Shown here piece by piece: positions 25,829 through 33,770 of a stretch of 64,000 bases of DNA. The notes under the pieces were generated by a model. It saw only the letters and a program-made list of their open reading frames with translations, was not told the DNA's origin and searched no databases. Made by a program: the position numbers and the translations under genes. Numbering within the stretch: the stretch's first letter is position 1; the number at the start of each line of letters is the position of its first letter. Origin of the DNA: a virus (Duplodnaviria > Caudoviricetes); the IMG/VR virus record IMGVR_UViG_3300043579_000163, positions 1 to 64,000 of that record, one strand, 5' to 3'.

Positions 25829-26017
25829 TCACCAGCGATACCCGGGACGATTGCAAGGCGCTATGTATTCCGTAACCGAGACGATGCTCTCCACCATCGC
25901 GGACCCGTGCCGCGCGCGGACCACCGCGATTGCCTCTTCCACGTCATGGCCTGGCACGTTGATGTCGTTGAATCGAATCCTCCCCTTGCTCCAAACCACG
26001 TCGAATTTTTTGTTCAT
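25829..26017 (-). CDS. Hypothetical protein
   Basis: Tightly packed small ORF. Confidence 0.55.
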   Translation of the reverse strand: MNKKFDVVWSKGRIRFNDINVPGHDVEEAIAVVRARHGSAMVESIVSVTEYIAPCNRPGYRW

Positions 26018-26020
26018 GAG

Positions 26021-26260
26021 TTAACGTCGCACAGGTTGAGTTGGTGTCAAGAGAAGCCCGCCATACACCGACTTGTGGTTGTTGTAGCTGGTGTTCCGGA
26101 TGCCGTCATTGCAGCGATCAGGCGTGCAGAACCCGCGCCAGCGGTAGGCCTCGCGACCATCCGCAAGCGTCTCGCTCCAGATGTCGCACACCACAAACCT
26201 GTGCCCTTGGATGTTTACGGTCTGGCCCAGGTGGTAAGGGAATCGCAGGAAGTCTTTCAT
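26021..26260 (-). CDS. Hypothetical protein
   Basis: Tightly packed small ORF. Confidence 0.55.
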   Translation of the reverse strand: MKDFLRFPYHLGQTVNIQGHRFVVCDIWSETLADGREAYRWRGFCTPDRCNDGIRNTSYNNHKSVYGGLLLTPTQPVRR

Positions 26261-26268
26261 GAGGCCCC

Positions 26269-26631
26269 TCAGCGGAGATACGCCGTGAACAGTCCCCCGC
26301 CGTTGTTGATGAACGCACCGTTCCAGAGGTTCGACACGTCGCCCTTGCGGATGTTACCTCGAGCACCCTTGGCCGGCGTGGCCCAGCCGGCGCACTTCAG
26401 GATGTTGCCGTTGGTCAGGTCGATAAACCCGAAGGCATGGCGGGTTCGGTCGTTAATCTTCGCGACGAGGCGGGCATACTTCTTGCCGACCGTGAAGGCG
26501 ATGGTTTCCCAGTTCAGCTCGCAATCGGGATACGCGGCGCGCAGGCCAGCGTTGTGGCGGGCCGACACGGCGGCGACGAAGGCCTCGAGTTCAGCTTTGG
26601 TGACGACTTGGCTTTGAATGATTTCGCTCAT
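26269..26631 (-). CDS. Conserved phage hypothetical protein (leaderless, start 26631)
   Basis: GKKYARLV...AFGFIDLTNGNILKCAGWATPAKGARGNI matches a widespread phage family pattern (recalled); promoter abuts the ATG. Confidence 0.75.
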   Translation of the reverse strand: MSEIIQSQVVTKAELEAFVAAVSARHNAGLRAAYPDCELNWETIAFTVGKKYARLVAKINDRTRHAFGFIDLTNGNILKCAGWATPAKGARGNIRKGDVSNLWNGAFINNGGGLFTAYLR

Positions 26632-26636
26632 GGGTG

Positions 26637-26664
26637 AATGTGCCACAGGTTGGCGAGAGTGCAA
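26637..26664 (-). promoter_or_regulatory. Class I promoter, leaderless
   Basis: TTGCAC-16-CACATT-5-ATG. Confidence 0.65.
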
Positions 26665-26673
26665 GAAAAAATT

Positions 26674-27027
26674 TCAAGTATTCGCGGGCTGCCTGATGGG
26701 CCTTGTGGGTTCGGTCTCGGCTTCAATCTCAGACTCGCGCTCCAGCTCCGCCTGTTTCTCCGCGTCTTCCGCAACCCGTAGGCGGCGCTCCAACTCGTCT
26801 TTTCCGAGAATCTCCTCAAGGGTTTTGGCTTTCATGGGTGAATGTGCCCCCTCGGCCTCTTCAACCGCCCGGGTGACCCGAAAGGCCTTGGACAGGCTGT
26901 CCTGCATGATGCCGGCCCGGCACGGGTCAAGCCGGTCTTGAATCTTGACGCTGTCGGCGGCGCATCTGGCGAACCAAGCGGCGTCCCCGGGATTGGCGAA
27001 GTAAAGGGTGACGGTGTGGGTGTTCAT
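26674..27027 (-). CDS. Hypothetical protein (start MNTHTV), possibly chimeric
   Basis: Contains an internal copy of the -10 box/start module at 26832-26848. Confidence 0.55.
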   Translation of the reverse strand: MNTHTVTLYFANPGDAAWFARCAADSVKIQDRLDPCRAGIMQDSLSKAFRVTRAVEEAEGAHSPMKAKTLEEILGKDELERRLRVAEDAEKQAELERESEIEAETEPTRPIRQPANT

Positions 27028-27032
27028 GGGAT

Positions 27033-27284
27033 TCAGGAGATGACGAAAAACTTGGAGTCCGCGGGAAACAACGTGAGCCGGGAGGCCCACTCAGCACGGG
27101 GCACGACGGCATGACGCACGGGACACACGGGTTTGAAGCAGCCGATGGGGGCCAAGCTAAGATACCTGACCCGAAGGAAATCGCTGGCGACCTCAACCAC
27201 GGTCGCGCTATAGCTGTCTCCGTTAAGGTCCTTGAACACAACAGATGCCCCGATGTCCTTCTTAGTGAACTGGTGTTTTCTCAT
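27033..27284 (-). CDS. Hypothetical protein (leaderless, start MRKHQF)
   Basis: ATG lies 6 nt after TATGTT. Confidence 0.7.
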   Translation of the reverse strand: MRKHQFTKKDIGASVVFKDLNGDSYSATVVEVASDFLRVRYLSLAPIGCFKPVCPVRHAVVPRAEWASRLTLFPADSKFFVIS

Positions 27285-27290
27285 GCCGAC

Positions 27291-27318
27291 AACATACCAC
27301 CGCGCCGGCACAGGGCAA
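27291..27318 (-). promoter_or_regulatory. Class I promoter, leaderless
   Basis: TTGCCC-16-TATGTT-6-ATG. Confidence 0.65.
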
Positions 27319-27679
27319 GTCCGTATTTCTACGGTTTGTCGGACCCGGGCGCTACGGTATCGTCCAGCATTTCCTCTAGGCGCTTCGCAATGTCGCGCTG
27401 CACCTCACCGCTGGTGTTTTCCCACAGGGAGTCGAAGCCCGGCAAATCGTGGAAAAGCTTTGCGATTATTTTCTTGGCGAGCCTCTTTGATTCGCTCACA
27501 GCAGTCCGTTCTCTTCGAGATATTTTTTGATGAGCAGCACGAGGGCCAGTATTAGAAGAAGTGTTATCCAGTTCATCATTGTATGATTTTGTTAAGGAGA
27601 TAAAGGAAAAGGAAGATTAGAATAACTACTGATAACCAATCAGGCAGTGTTCCCCGTGGTGAACGAGTGTGCGCCCAGC

Positions 27680-27892
27680 TCATTGTTTTTTCAACTTGAG
27701 GTCGGCGTTCCAATATACGCGCCCAACCTCGGTGCATTCTTTGTTTTCACACCACAGCGCGCAGTCTCCATCCCACCAAATACCTTCCTTGCATTTGGCG
27801 CACAGAACCTTTTTCAACTGCCTGGCTCGGGGCTCGACATCTTCGTCGAGTCCCTTCGGTGGCTGTGGTTGAAAGGGTCCCTCGGAACTCAT
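27680..27892 (-). CDS. Small zinc-ribbon-like protein
   Basis: CAKC...CENKEC. Confidence 0.55.
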   Translation of the reverse strand: MSSEGPFQPQPPKGLDEDVEPRARQLKKVLCAKCKEGIWWDGDCALWCENKECTEVGRVYWNADLKLKKQ

Positions 27893-28027
27893 TTCCGTTT
27901 CAGGTCCACCAGAAGCTCGATAAGCGAACGTATGCGGGTCTCGACGGAGAGGACCCAGAAACCCCCTGCGGAAAAACCCAAGAGGATTATGGCCGCTTGT
28001 AGTATTTGTTCGATTGTCTCAGTCATA

Positions 28028-28210
28028 TTACGAGTATTTTTTGATGAGCTTGTTGCCCATCTTCACGAATTTCACCCCACCTGTGAATTTGATTTTGCTG
28101 AAATGCTTGACGTAAGCGCTTCGGTTGGTGGTGCGGTCCGCGCTTCCTTTCCCAGGTCCACTGACCCCGAAGTCGCGACTGTTTCCCTTTGCTCCAGTTT
28201 TGTATGCCAT
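28028..28210 (-). CDS. Small basic hypothetical protein
   Basis: GKGSADRTTNRSAYVKHFSKI resembles a recalled phage small-protein pattern. Confidence 0.55.
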   Translation of the reverse strand: MAYKTGAKGNSRDFGVSGPGKGSADRTTNRSAYVKHFSKIKFTGGVKFVKMGNKLIKKYS

Positions 28211-28284
28211 AAATTATTTCGGTCTCCGTTCGTTGAACCAGTCCTGACCACGCCTCACAAAGTTTTTCTCGATGGGCTTCATGT

Positions 28285-28551
28285 TTACAAATTGGATAGG
28301 GTGACCTTTTCCTCGGGTCGCATCTGTCTCCAGACACCCGGAGCCTTACAGCTCGTTAACGAGCCGCTGAACTCACCAACTTTCCACACATCACCCGGCC
28401 CAGCGCGAAGCACGATGCCCATGGATTCGGACAGGAAAAGGAACACCAATTCTCCCCGGATATGGCCTGGGCCACTATATTCCATCAGGACGGGGTAGGT
28501 AATAGGGGTTTCAGATGTGGGTGGTGGTGGCGAAAAGACTTCAATTTTCAT
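28285..28551 (-). CDS. Hypothetical protein (leaderless or short leader)
   Basis: TTGACA-18-TAAATT-7-ATG upstream. Confidence 0.65.
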   Translation of the reverse strand: MKIEVFSPPPPTSETPITYPVLMEYSGPGHIRGELVFLFLSESMGIVLRAGPGDVWKVGEFSGSLTSCKAPGVWRQMRPEEKVTLSNL

Positions 28552-28558
28552 AATTTTG

Positions 28559-28588
28559 AATTTACAGCAGGTGATGGGTTAATGTCAA
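28559..28588 (-). promoter_or_regulatory. Class I promoter
   Basis: TTGACA-18-TAAATT. Confidence 0.6.
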
Positions 28589-28600
28589 CTCTGTAGACCT

Positions 28601-29077
28601 TCACTTCTTGGGAAGAACAACGGGAGAAAAAACCGCCGCCGCCCCACCCGCTGCTTCACCCGCTAATCTGGCGGTTTCCATCTCCTTCTGGCACTTGAAA
28701 AGGAAGTTCACCCCGTCGCACAGCATCTGGGCAACCTCCGCCTGACGGCACGTTGCAAAAAAGCCGGGCTTCGGTTCCTTGGTCGCGTCCCCTTCCAGGT
28801 TCACGCAGACCACAAAGATGCCGGGCCGCGTTGGGTTGGTGACCCACTCGCAGATGAGCCCACTCACAGGGAACGGGTAAAAGCGTTGCTGCTTCGCTTC
28901 CTGATGCAACTGTTCCTCACTCACTTCCTTCTCAGGCTGCTTGGAATAATCAGCGCCTTGCACCACGACCTTGTTGGAGGCGTGCTGCTTGAACTGGTTC
29001 TTGATGTTCTCGATGTTGCTCGCGGTGGGCAACAGAGGGCGCGTAGTTCTACGTTTTGGTGGTGTGGGTTTTTTCAT
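28601..29077 (-). CDS. Hypothetical protein
   Basis: 158 aa ORF. Confidence 0.6.
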   Translation of the reverse strand: MKKPTPPKRRTTRPLLPTASNIENIKNQFKQHASNKVVVQGADYSKQPEKEVSEEQLHQEAKQQRFYPFPVSGLICEWVTNPTRPGIFVVCVNLEGDATKEPKPGFFATCRQAEVAQMLCDGVNFLFKCQKEMETARLAGEAAGGAAAVFSPVVLPKK

Positions 29078-29252
29078 AGTTAAAACTTTCCGAGCTTGAT
29101 GCGCCGGATTTCGGTTTTGATTTTGGCAATGGCGCGCTGACGCGCTCGGACGTTGAGGTGTGAGGTCCTGATGTATTCCTTCATCTCGGCGATGCGCTTG
29201 TCCAGCAGGATTTGCTTGTTGGTCCAGGGTTGCTTGGGTGTGGTGGGCATAG

Positions 29253-30281
29253 CTATGACACGTTGGATTGGTAGTGCATCGGTGTGCCGCTATCGCTGTC
29301 GGGGATAGCCGGCGGACGGCTGTTGGTTAACGTGTTCAGGGCGGACTCGAGTTGCGCCTGCTCTTTATCCATGTCTTGCAGAAGTCCAGATATACTGGAA
29401 TGCGCCTGTATGCCTGACTGAATCACGGTGTTCAGGCCCATCACACGGCCAGCAAACTTGCCGGCGAGACACTCAGGCTTGCGTGCGTCACGAATGCTGG
29501 TGTAATACTTGAGCAGGGTTTTCAGGCGATCCTCCATCCCCCGTGTGTTCGCCTCGAATTGCTCCAGCTCTCGCTGTGCTGCTCGCACCTGTTGCACCCA
29601 TACGAAAAGGGCGCGACTGGGTAGCTTCTTTGCGGCCTTCTCCCACTCATCCAGGTCCAGCTCGGGCTTGTGTGCATCACGATGTTGCAGCAGCTTGGCC
29701 TGATGCTCATTGATGAAGTCCACCAGCTCGTGTGTCCACCGTGATTCATCCTCCAGCTCGGCAAGCGGGTCTCTCTGTGCGAAATGCGCCGCTTCAATAA
29801 AGGCCTCGTAGGTCCCGTGTGACCAGGGAATTTCGAGGAAATACTTCCTTCGGAGGACCAGCTTCCAAAAATCACATTCAACAGCCGCCTCCGCCTTGTC
29901 CTTGAATCCAGTGGCCAGTGGAAAACGCCGCTTGGTGTTCGAGTCCTCACTCAGCTTGACCCTCATGCGCGTGTCGCTCGGGTCTTGCGGCGTGTAGCCG
30001 TAGCAGTCCGCGTTGAACACACCGACGGGACGACCGAACACGCTCGGGTCCTTGAACACATCGGAGCTGACGGAAAAGCGGAAGTGGTGTGGTGTGTTGC
30101 CAACCGCGACGGAGTAGTAAACGTGACGGAACTGTGAGGATACCGGCAGGTCTCGAGAGTTGAGTTTACTTTGCACGTCCCAAATATATGTGACCGAGGT
30201 GCTCCACGTCAACTTATGGAGACAGTTAATTCCGGAGAGGGCGGCATCGCACTTAACCTCCGCGAGGCAGGGTAGGGACAT
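29253..30281 (-). CDS. Hypothetical protein with C-terminal coiled coil; first gene of the leftward arm
   Basis: 342 aa; start codon lies inside the left arm of the inverted repeat. Confidence 0.6.
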   Translation of the reverse strand: MSLPCLAEVKCDAALSGINCLHKLTWSTSVTYIWDVQSKLNSRDLPVSSQFRHVYYSVAVGNTPHHFRFSVSSDVFKDPSVFGRPVGVFNADCYGYTPQDPSDTRMRVKLSEDSNTKRRFPLATGFKDKAEAAVECDFWKLVLRRKYFLEIPWSHGTYEAFIEAAHFAQRDPLAELEDESRWTHELVDFINEHQAKLLQHRDAHKPELDLDEWEKAAKKLPSRALFVWVQQVRAAQRELEQFEANTRGMEDRLKTLLKYYTSIRDARKPECLAGKFAGRVMGLNTVIQSGIQAHSSISGLLQDMDKEQAQLESALNTLTNSRPPAIPDSDSGTPMHYQSNVS

Positions 30282-30387
30282 AAGAACGACGTCAGTAAAC
30301 AGTCTTTATTTTTCTATATACATACTATACGCTATTGTGACTAAAATATAATACATACAGGTAGAAGAGTGACGTGGTTCTTATGTC
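30277..30387. repeat. 18-bp inverted repeat (1 mismatch) around a 75-bp AT-rich core at the strand switch
   Basis: GACATAAGAACGACGTCA (30277-30294) versus TGACGTGGTTCTTATGTC (30370-30387). Confidence 0.85.
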
Positions 30388-30488
30388 TCACCCCTCGGTT
30401 TTGGCGCCTGGACTCTCGGACCCCAGGACATACGGGACGGTAGTTGAGGCTTGCGCCCTTTTAATTTTGGACAGCGAAAAGTTGGGCG

Positions 30489-30519
30489 TTGACATAAGTC
30501 CAGGATAGAGACCCTCTTG
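30489..30519 (+). promoter_or_regulatory. Class II promoter candidate
   Basis: TTGACA-16-ACCCTCTTG-5-GTG. Confidence 0.5.
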
Positions 30520-30524
30520 AGATA

Positions 30525-30713
30525 GTGAACGAACCGACATCAGGTCCTCAAGACATACCGGAGGACCACGAGGCGAACCTCTTCAGCGGTGCCAGCGAGA
30601 AGGCCAAGCAGCTTTTCACCGAGTCGAAGCGCGTGAGACGTGCCGCCGAGCGCCGGCTGTGGTGGCAACAGAACAAACCGAAGGGGCCACCACCCGAAGG
30701 AGAGTCGCAGTGA
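30525..30713 (+). CDS. Hypothetical protein
   Basis: Follows the promoter; stop overlaps the next GTG. Confidence 0.55.
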   Translation: MNEPTSGPQDIPEDHEANLFSGASEKAKQLFTESKRVRRAAERRLWWQQNKPKGPPPEGESQ

Positions 30714-31369
30714 GCCGCATCATCGACAAGAACAAGGTGGACGTGAGTCAGTGTTTCCTGGCCTTCATGACCTTCGTTGGTGACGTGGACCGGACAGCGG
30801 CTGCACTGGACCTCGAGCCCAAGCAGGTGCGAGAGCTTGCGGAAGCCGAGGGCTGGGCCGACAAGCTGCGGCGCGTGTCGCTGATGTCCAAGAGTGGCCG
30901 GCCCGGCGACTTCGAACGCGCGACCAACAGGGCCCTGTGCTTCGTGCAGGCTCAGTGCATCCGACAGCAGCTCAACAGGCTGCTGACCGAGGTGACCAAC
31001 ATGAGTGTTGAGGACCTGATGAGCCGGGCAAGCGTGCGGACCAGAGACGGAGCAATGCAGTTGAGCGCCAAGTTTTTCGTGGATATGACAGGAGCCGCAG
31101 AGGCCTGTCACCGTATGTCTTACATCGCATTGGGCGACACCATCACCGAACGGACCGAGTCTGAAGGCGGAAGCGGCAAGGGCCCGAACACCAATGACCT
31201 GCACTCGGCCATCATCGCGCACCTATCAGACCCATCACAGCAGCTTGGACCAGTCACCGATAAGCTTGTGGCTGAGGCGAATGAAGAAGTTCAGAGGCGC
31301 AATGCCGTAACTCCACACTTCGCGGACTCAGTAGAAGCACCTACCGAGGCAGAAGCTGCCGAGCAGTGA
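30710..31369 (+). CDS. Probable terminase small subunit (N-terminal HTH)
   Basis: VDRTAAALDLEPKQVRELAEAEGW HTH-like segment, helical body, acidic tail; first large gene of the late arm. Confidence 0.45.
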   Translation: MSRIIDKNKVDVSQCFLAFMTFVGDVDRTAAALDLEPKQVRELAEAEGWADKLRRVSLMSKSGRPGDFERATNRALCFVQAQCIRQQLNRLLTEVTNMSVEDLMSRASVRTRDGAMQLSAKFFVDMTGAAEACHRMSYIALGDTITERTESEGGSGKGPNTNDLHSAIIAHLSDPSQQLGPVTDKLVAEANEEVQRRNAVTPHFADSVEAPTEAEAAEQ

Positions 31370-31681
31370 GCGAGCATCGAGCGCGTGAAAATCACGCATC
31401 GGCTGGTCCAGCGACCCAATTGAGGCGTGAAAGTTGGGTATTAGTTCCCAGTCCAGTTCGTCCCGAAGACAGTGAGTCTGCAGGTCCTTGAGACATACGG
31501 ACTTATCCGTTCAAAAGAAAGCCCACACTCCGAACGCAAGACCTCGAGGCCAACTGGGCAAGGATTTCCGAGTAGAAAACGACCCCCCACCCACGGGGAC
31601 ATACCGGGGGGCGAAGCTCGCTCAGCGGTCAGACGGCTAAAAAATCTTCCCTCTATGTGACCTAAGAGCCCGTTTTTCTCA

Positions 31682-31713
31682 TTGACAAGAAGGCAGAGCG
31701 CCACACCCTCTTG
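31682..31713 (+). promoter_or_regulatory. Promoter candidate (fits both classes)
   Basis: TTGACA-16-CACCCT-6-ATG, or TTGACA-17-ACCCTCTTG. Confidence 0.6.
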
Positions 31714-31715
31714 CC

Positions 31716-32297
31716 ATGCGAAAAAACTCGTTCAGGGTAGTCCGGGACACCCCGGAGAAGCTCGGCATGACCCAGGAGCAGTGGGACAGCCCGGCGGAGG
31801 TCCAGAAGCGCCACGACCGTTGGAACGCGCGTCGACAGGCCCGGATGTTTCAGAGGTCCAAGGCCGCTGCTGCCGGCATGACTTGGGAGCAGTGGCAAGA
31901 ACACAAAAAAGTCCTGCGTGAAATGCCTAAGTCCTCGCACGCGGAATACCTCCGGTCCTACCGCGCCACTCCGCGGGGTAAAGCCGTGTTCGACCGGGCC
32001 GCGAAGAAAGCAATGGAAAAAAATCGGCGGGAGTATTCCCTCTTGAAGGCGGGGCAGCCCTGTCAAGACTGCGGCGGGTGTTTTCATTCCCATGCTATGG
32101 AGTGGGACCACCGGGACGGGGAAATAAAGTCCTTCAGCATTTCCTACATGGGGCGAGAAGGGCGGGTTGGGAGAGAACTTCTCGCCATAGAGATTGCAAA
32201 GTGCGACCTCGTGTGCTCTAACTGCCACCGCGCCCGAACGGCGCGCAGACGCCAGGGCTTGCCGGCGGTGCTACCGGCCCCCGAATACGAAATCTGA
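31716..32297 (+). CDS. HNH endonuclease
   Basis: CQDCG...MEWDH...KCDLVCSNCHRART. Confidence 0.85.
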   Translation: MRKNSFRVVRDTPEKLGMTQEQWDSPAEVQKRHDRWNARRQARMFQRSKAAAAGMTWEQWQEHKKVLREMPKSSHAEYLRSYRATPRGKAVFDRAAKKAMEKNRREYSLLKAGQPCQDCGGCFHSHAMEWDHRDGEIKSFSISYMGREGRVGRELLAIEIAKCDLVCSNCHRARTARRRQGLPAVLPAPEYEI

Positions 32298-32307
32298 CGC
32301 GGCCCCC

Positions 32308-32335
32308 TTGACACCCGGCGCCGGCATGGCACATT
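32308..32335 (+). promoter_or_regulatory. Class I promoter, leaderless
   Basis: TTGACA-16-CACATT-6-ATG. Confidence 0.75.
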
Positions 32336-32341
32336 GCCGGC

Positions 32342-32539
32342 ATGATTATCTATCAACTCAAGCACCCTAACCGGACCTGGGTATGCTCCTGGGGCCCCTG
32401 TGTCCTGGGAGAGACCCCCTCCCACTCGCAGTGGCAGCGTCTTTCCTCGCGCCGGGAAGCGAGGCAGTTCGCGCGCTGCATGAGAAACAACGGCATGGAC
32501 ATACAGCGCGCCATAAGGGAATACTGTTGCTTCCCTTGA
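32342..32539 (+). CDS. Hypothetical protein (leaderless)
   Basis: Promoter abuts the ATG. Confidence 0.65.
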   Translation: MIIYQLKHPNRTWVCSWGPCVLGETPSHSQWQRLSSRREARQFARCMRNNGMDIQRAIREYCCFP

Positions 32540-32564
32540 CATCCCGAAGCCCCTATGCCACATT
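32536..32564 (+). promoter_or_regulatory. Class I promoter, leaderless
   Basis: TTGACA-17-CACATT-6-ATG. Confidence 0.75.
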
Positions 32565-32570
32565 GCCCCC

Positions 32571-33410
32571 ATGAATATCACTGAACCAATCGTCAGAAAG
32601 CTTATCGAAACCGTCGATGCCGGCTTGTGCCGCGGTATCGGAAAACCCAACCCTGGTGAAATGTGCGTGGAGGCTGCGGTGTGCTACGCTCTCGGTCTGC
32701 CGCACGGTGACAACCCGGGCTGCGTAGCGGAATCGGTGCGTCGCGCAAAGATTCGACTAAATGACGCCCCCTGGTCTAGCCCCCGGGCCCGGGCGGCGGG
32801 ACTGCGTGCAGTTGCCGTTGCCCAACTGGGAAGCAAGGGCGTTATCGACGCACGGCGTTTTTGTGCCGTGTATGCCGAACTCACCATTCGCCGGGTGGTC
32901 CCGATAGCGCTACGGGCAGCGGGTCTCCCGGACTATGCCCTGCGCTGCGAGACCGAAGGCACCCAAGACTCCGCAGCCGCCGCCGCCTACGCCGCCTCCG
33001 CTGCCGCCTCCGCCGACGCCTACGCCGCCTCCTCCGCCGCCGCCTACGCCGCCTCCGCTGCCGCCTCCTCCGCCGACTGCGCCTACGCCTCCTCCTACGC
33101 CGCCTACGCCGCCGCCTACGCCGCCGCCGACTGCGCCTACGCCGACTGCGCCGCCTACGCCGACTGCGCCGCCTACGCCTCCTCCTACGCCGCCTACGCC
33201 GCCTGCGCCTCCTCCCCCGTTGCCAACGCCTCCTCCGCCGCCTCCGCCCACGCCGCCCACGCCGCCCACGCCGCCTTCTCCGACACGGATGCCCTTCTCA
33301 CCATCGCCGCGGAATGCATGCTTGAGGCCCTCAAGGCAGTTGAGTCCCCTGGCTGCAAATTCCTACACCTGCTTGACACCCCCAAAAACTGTGGCACCTT
33401 ACCAGTATGA
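32571..33410 (+). CDS. Phage protein with Ala/Tyr/Ser low-complexity repeat region
   Basis: Globular N-terminus (MCVEAAVCYALGLPHGDNPGCV...LND) followed by about 105 codons that are nearly all NNC. Confidence 0.8.
   Translation: MNITEPIVRKLIETVDAGLCRGIGKPNPGEMCVEAAVCYALGLPHGDNPGCVAESVRRAKIRLNDAPWSSPRARAAGLRAVAVAQLGSKGVIDARRFCAVYAELTIRRVVPIALRAAGLPDYALRCETEGTQDSAAAAAYAASAAASADAYAASSAAAYAASAAASSADCAYASSYAAYAAAYAAADCAYADCAAYADCAAYASSYAAYAACASSPVANASSAASAHAAHAAHAAFSDTDALLTIAAECMLEALKAVESPGCKFLHLLDTPKNCGTLPV
33373..33400 (+). promoter_or_regulatory. Class I promoter, leaderless
   Basis: TTGACA-16-CACCTT-6-ATG. Confidence 0.7.
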
Positions 33411-33601
33411 TTGATTACGCCGCCTTGAACTGCTGGGACCAAGCCAGCCCCCCGGCCATGGGGGCTCCACTCACCTGGAGCCTGGGACCAGTGCGTGCCC
33501 TGCCCTTGCCGCCTGCGCCTACGCCCACGCATGACATTCTCTGCAATATTGTGAACACTTGTGAACACTGCCCTGGTGTGCTGACGTATGATAACCATTG
33601 A
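33407..33601 (+). CDS. Hypothetical protein (leaderless)
   Basis: Promoter abuts the ATG. Confidence 0.55.
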   Translation: MIDYAALNCWDQASPPAMGAPLTWSLGPVRALPLPPAPTPTHDILCNIVNTCEHCPGVLTYDNH

Positions 33602-33770
33602 ACGAACAGACACCTTCATCGCCGGCACCACGATGTTCCGGGTGACCCCAGGTCCTTGGCTCCGCAAACGCGGAGTGATTTTCGGGCCATGGTGCCACTC
33701 GCGCCGAACCGCCGTGCTGATGTGGATTGCGAACGTGTCCGACTGCCACGATTTTCACCCGGGCCTATGA
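33588..33770 (+). CDS. Hypothetical protein
   Basis: Stop overlaps the recombinase ATG. Confidence 0.55.
   Translation: MITIERTDTFIAGTTMFRVTPGPWLRKRGVIFGPWCHSRRTAVLMWIANVSDCHDFHPGL

Noticed and set aside
32968-33285. Diversity-generating retroelement
   Set aside because: The NNC pattern is suggestive, but no reverse transcriptase, Avd or AAC-rich template copy is visible in the window
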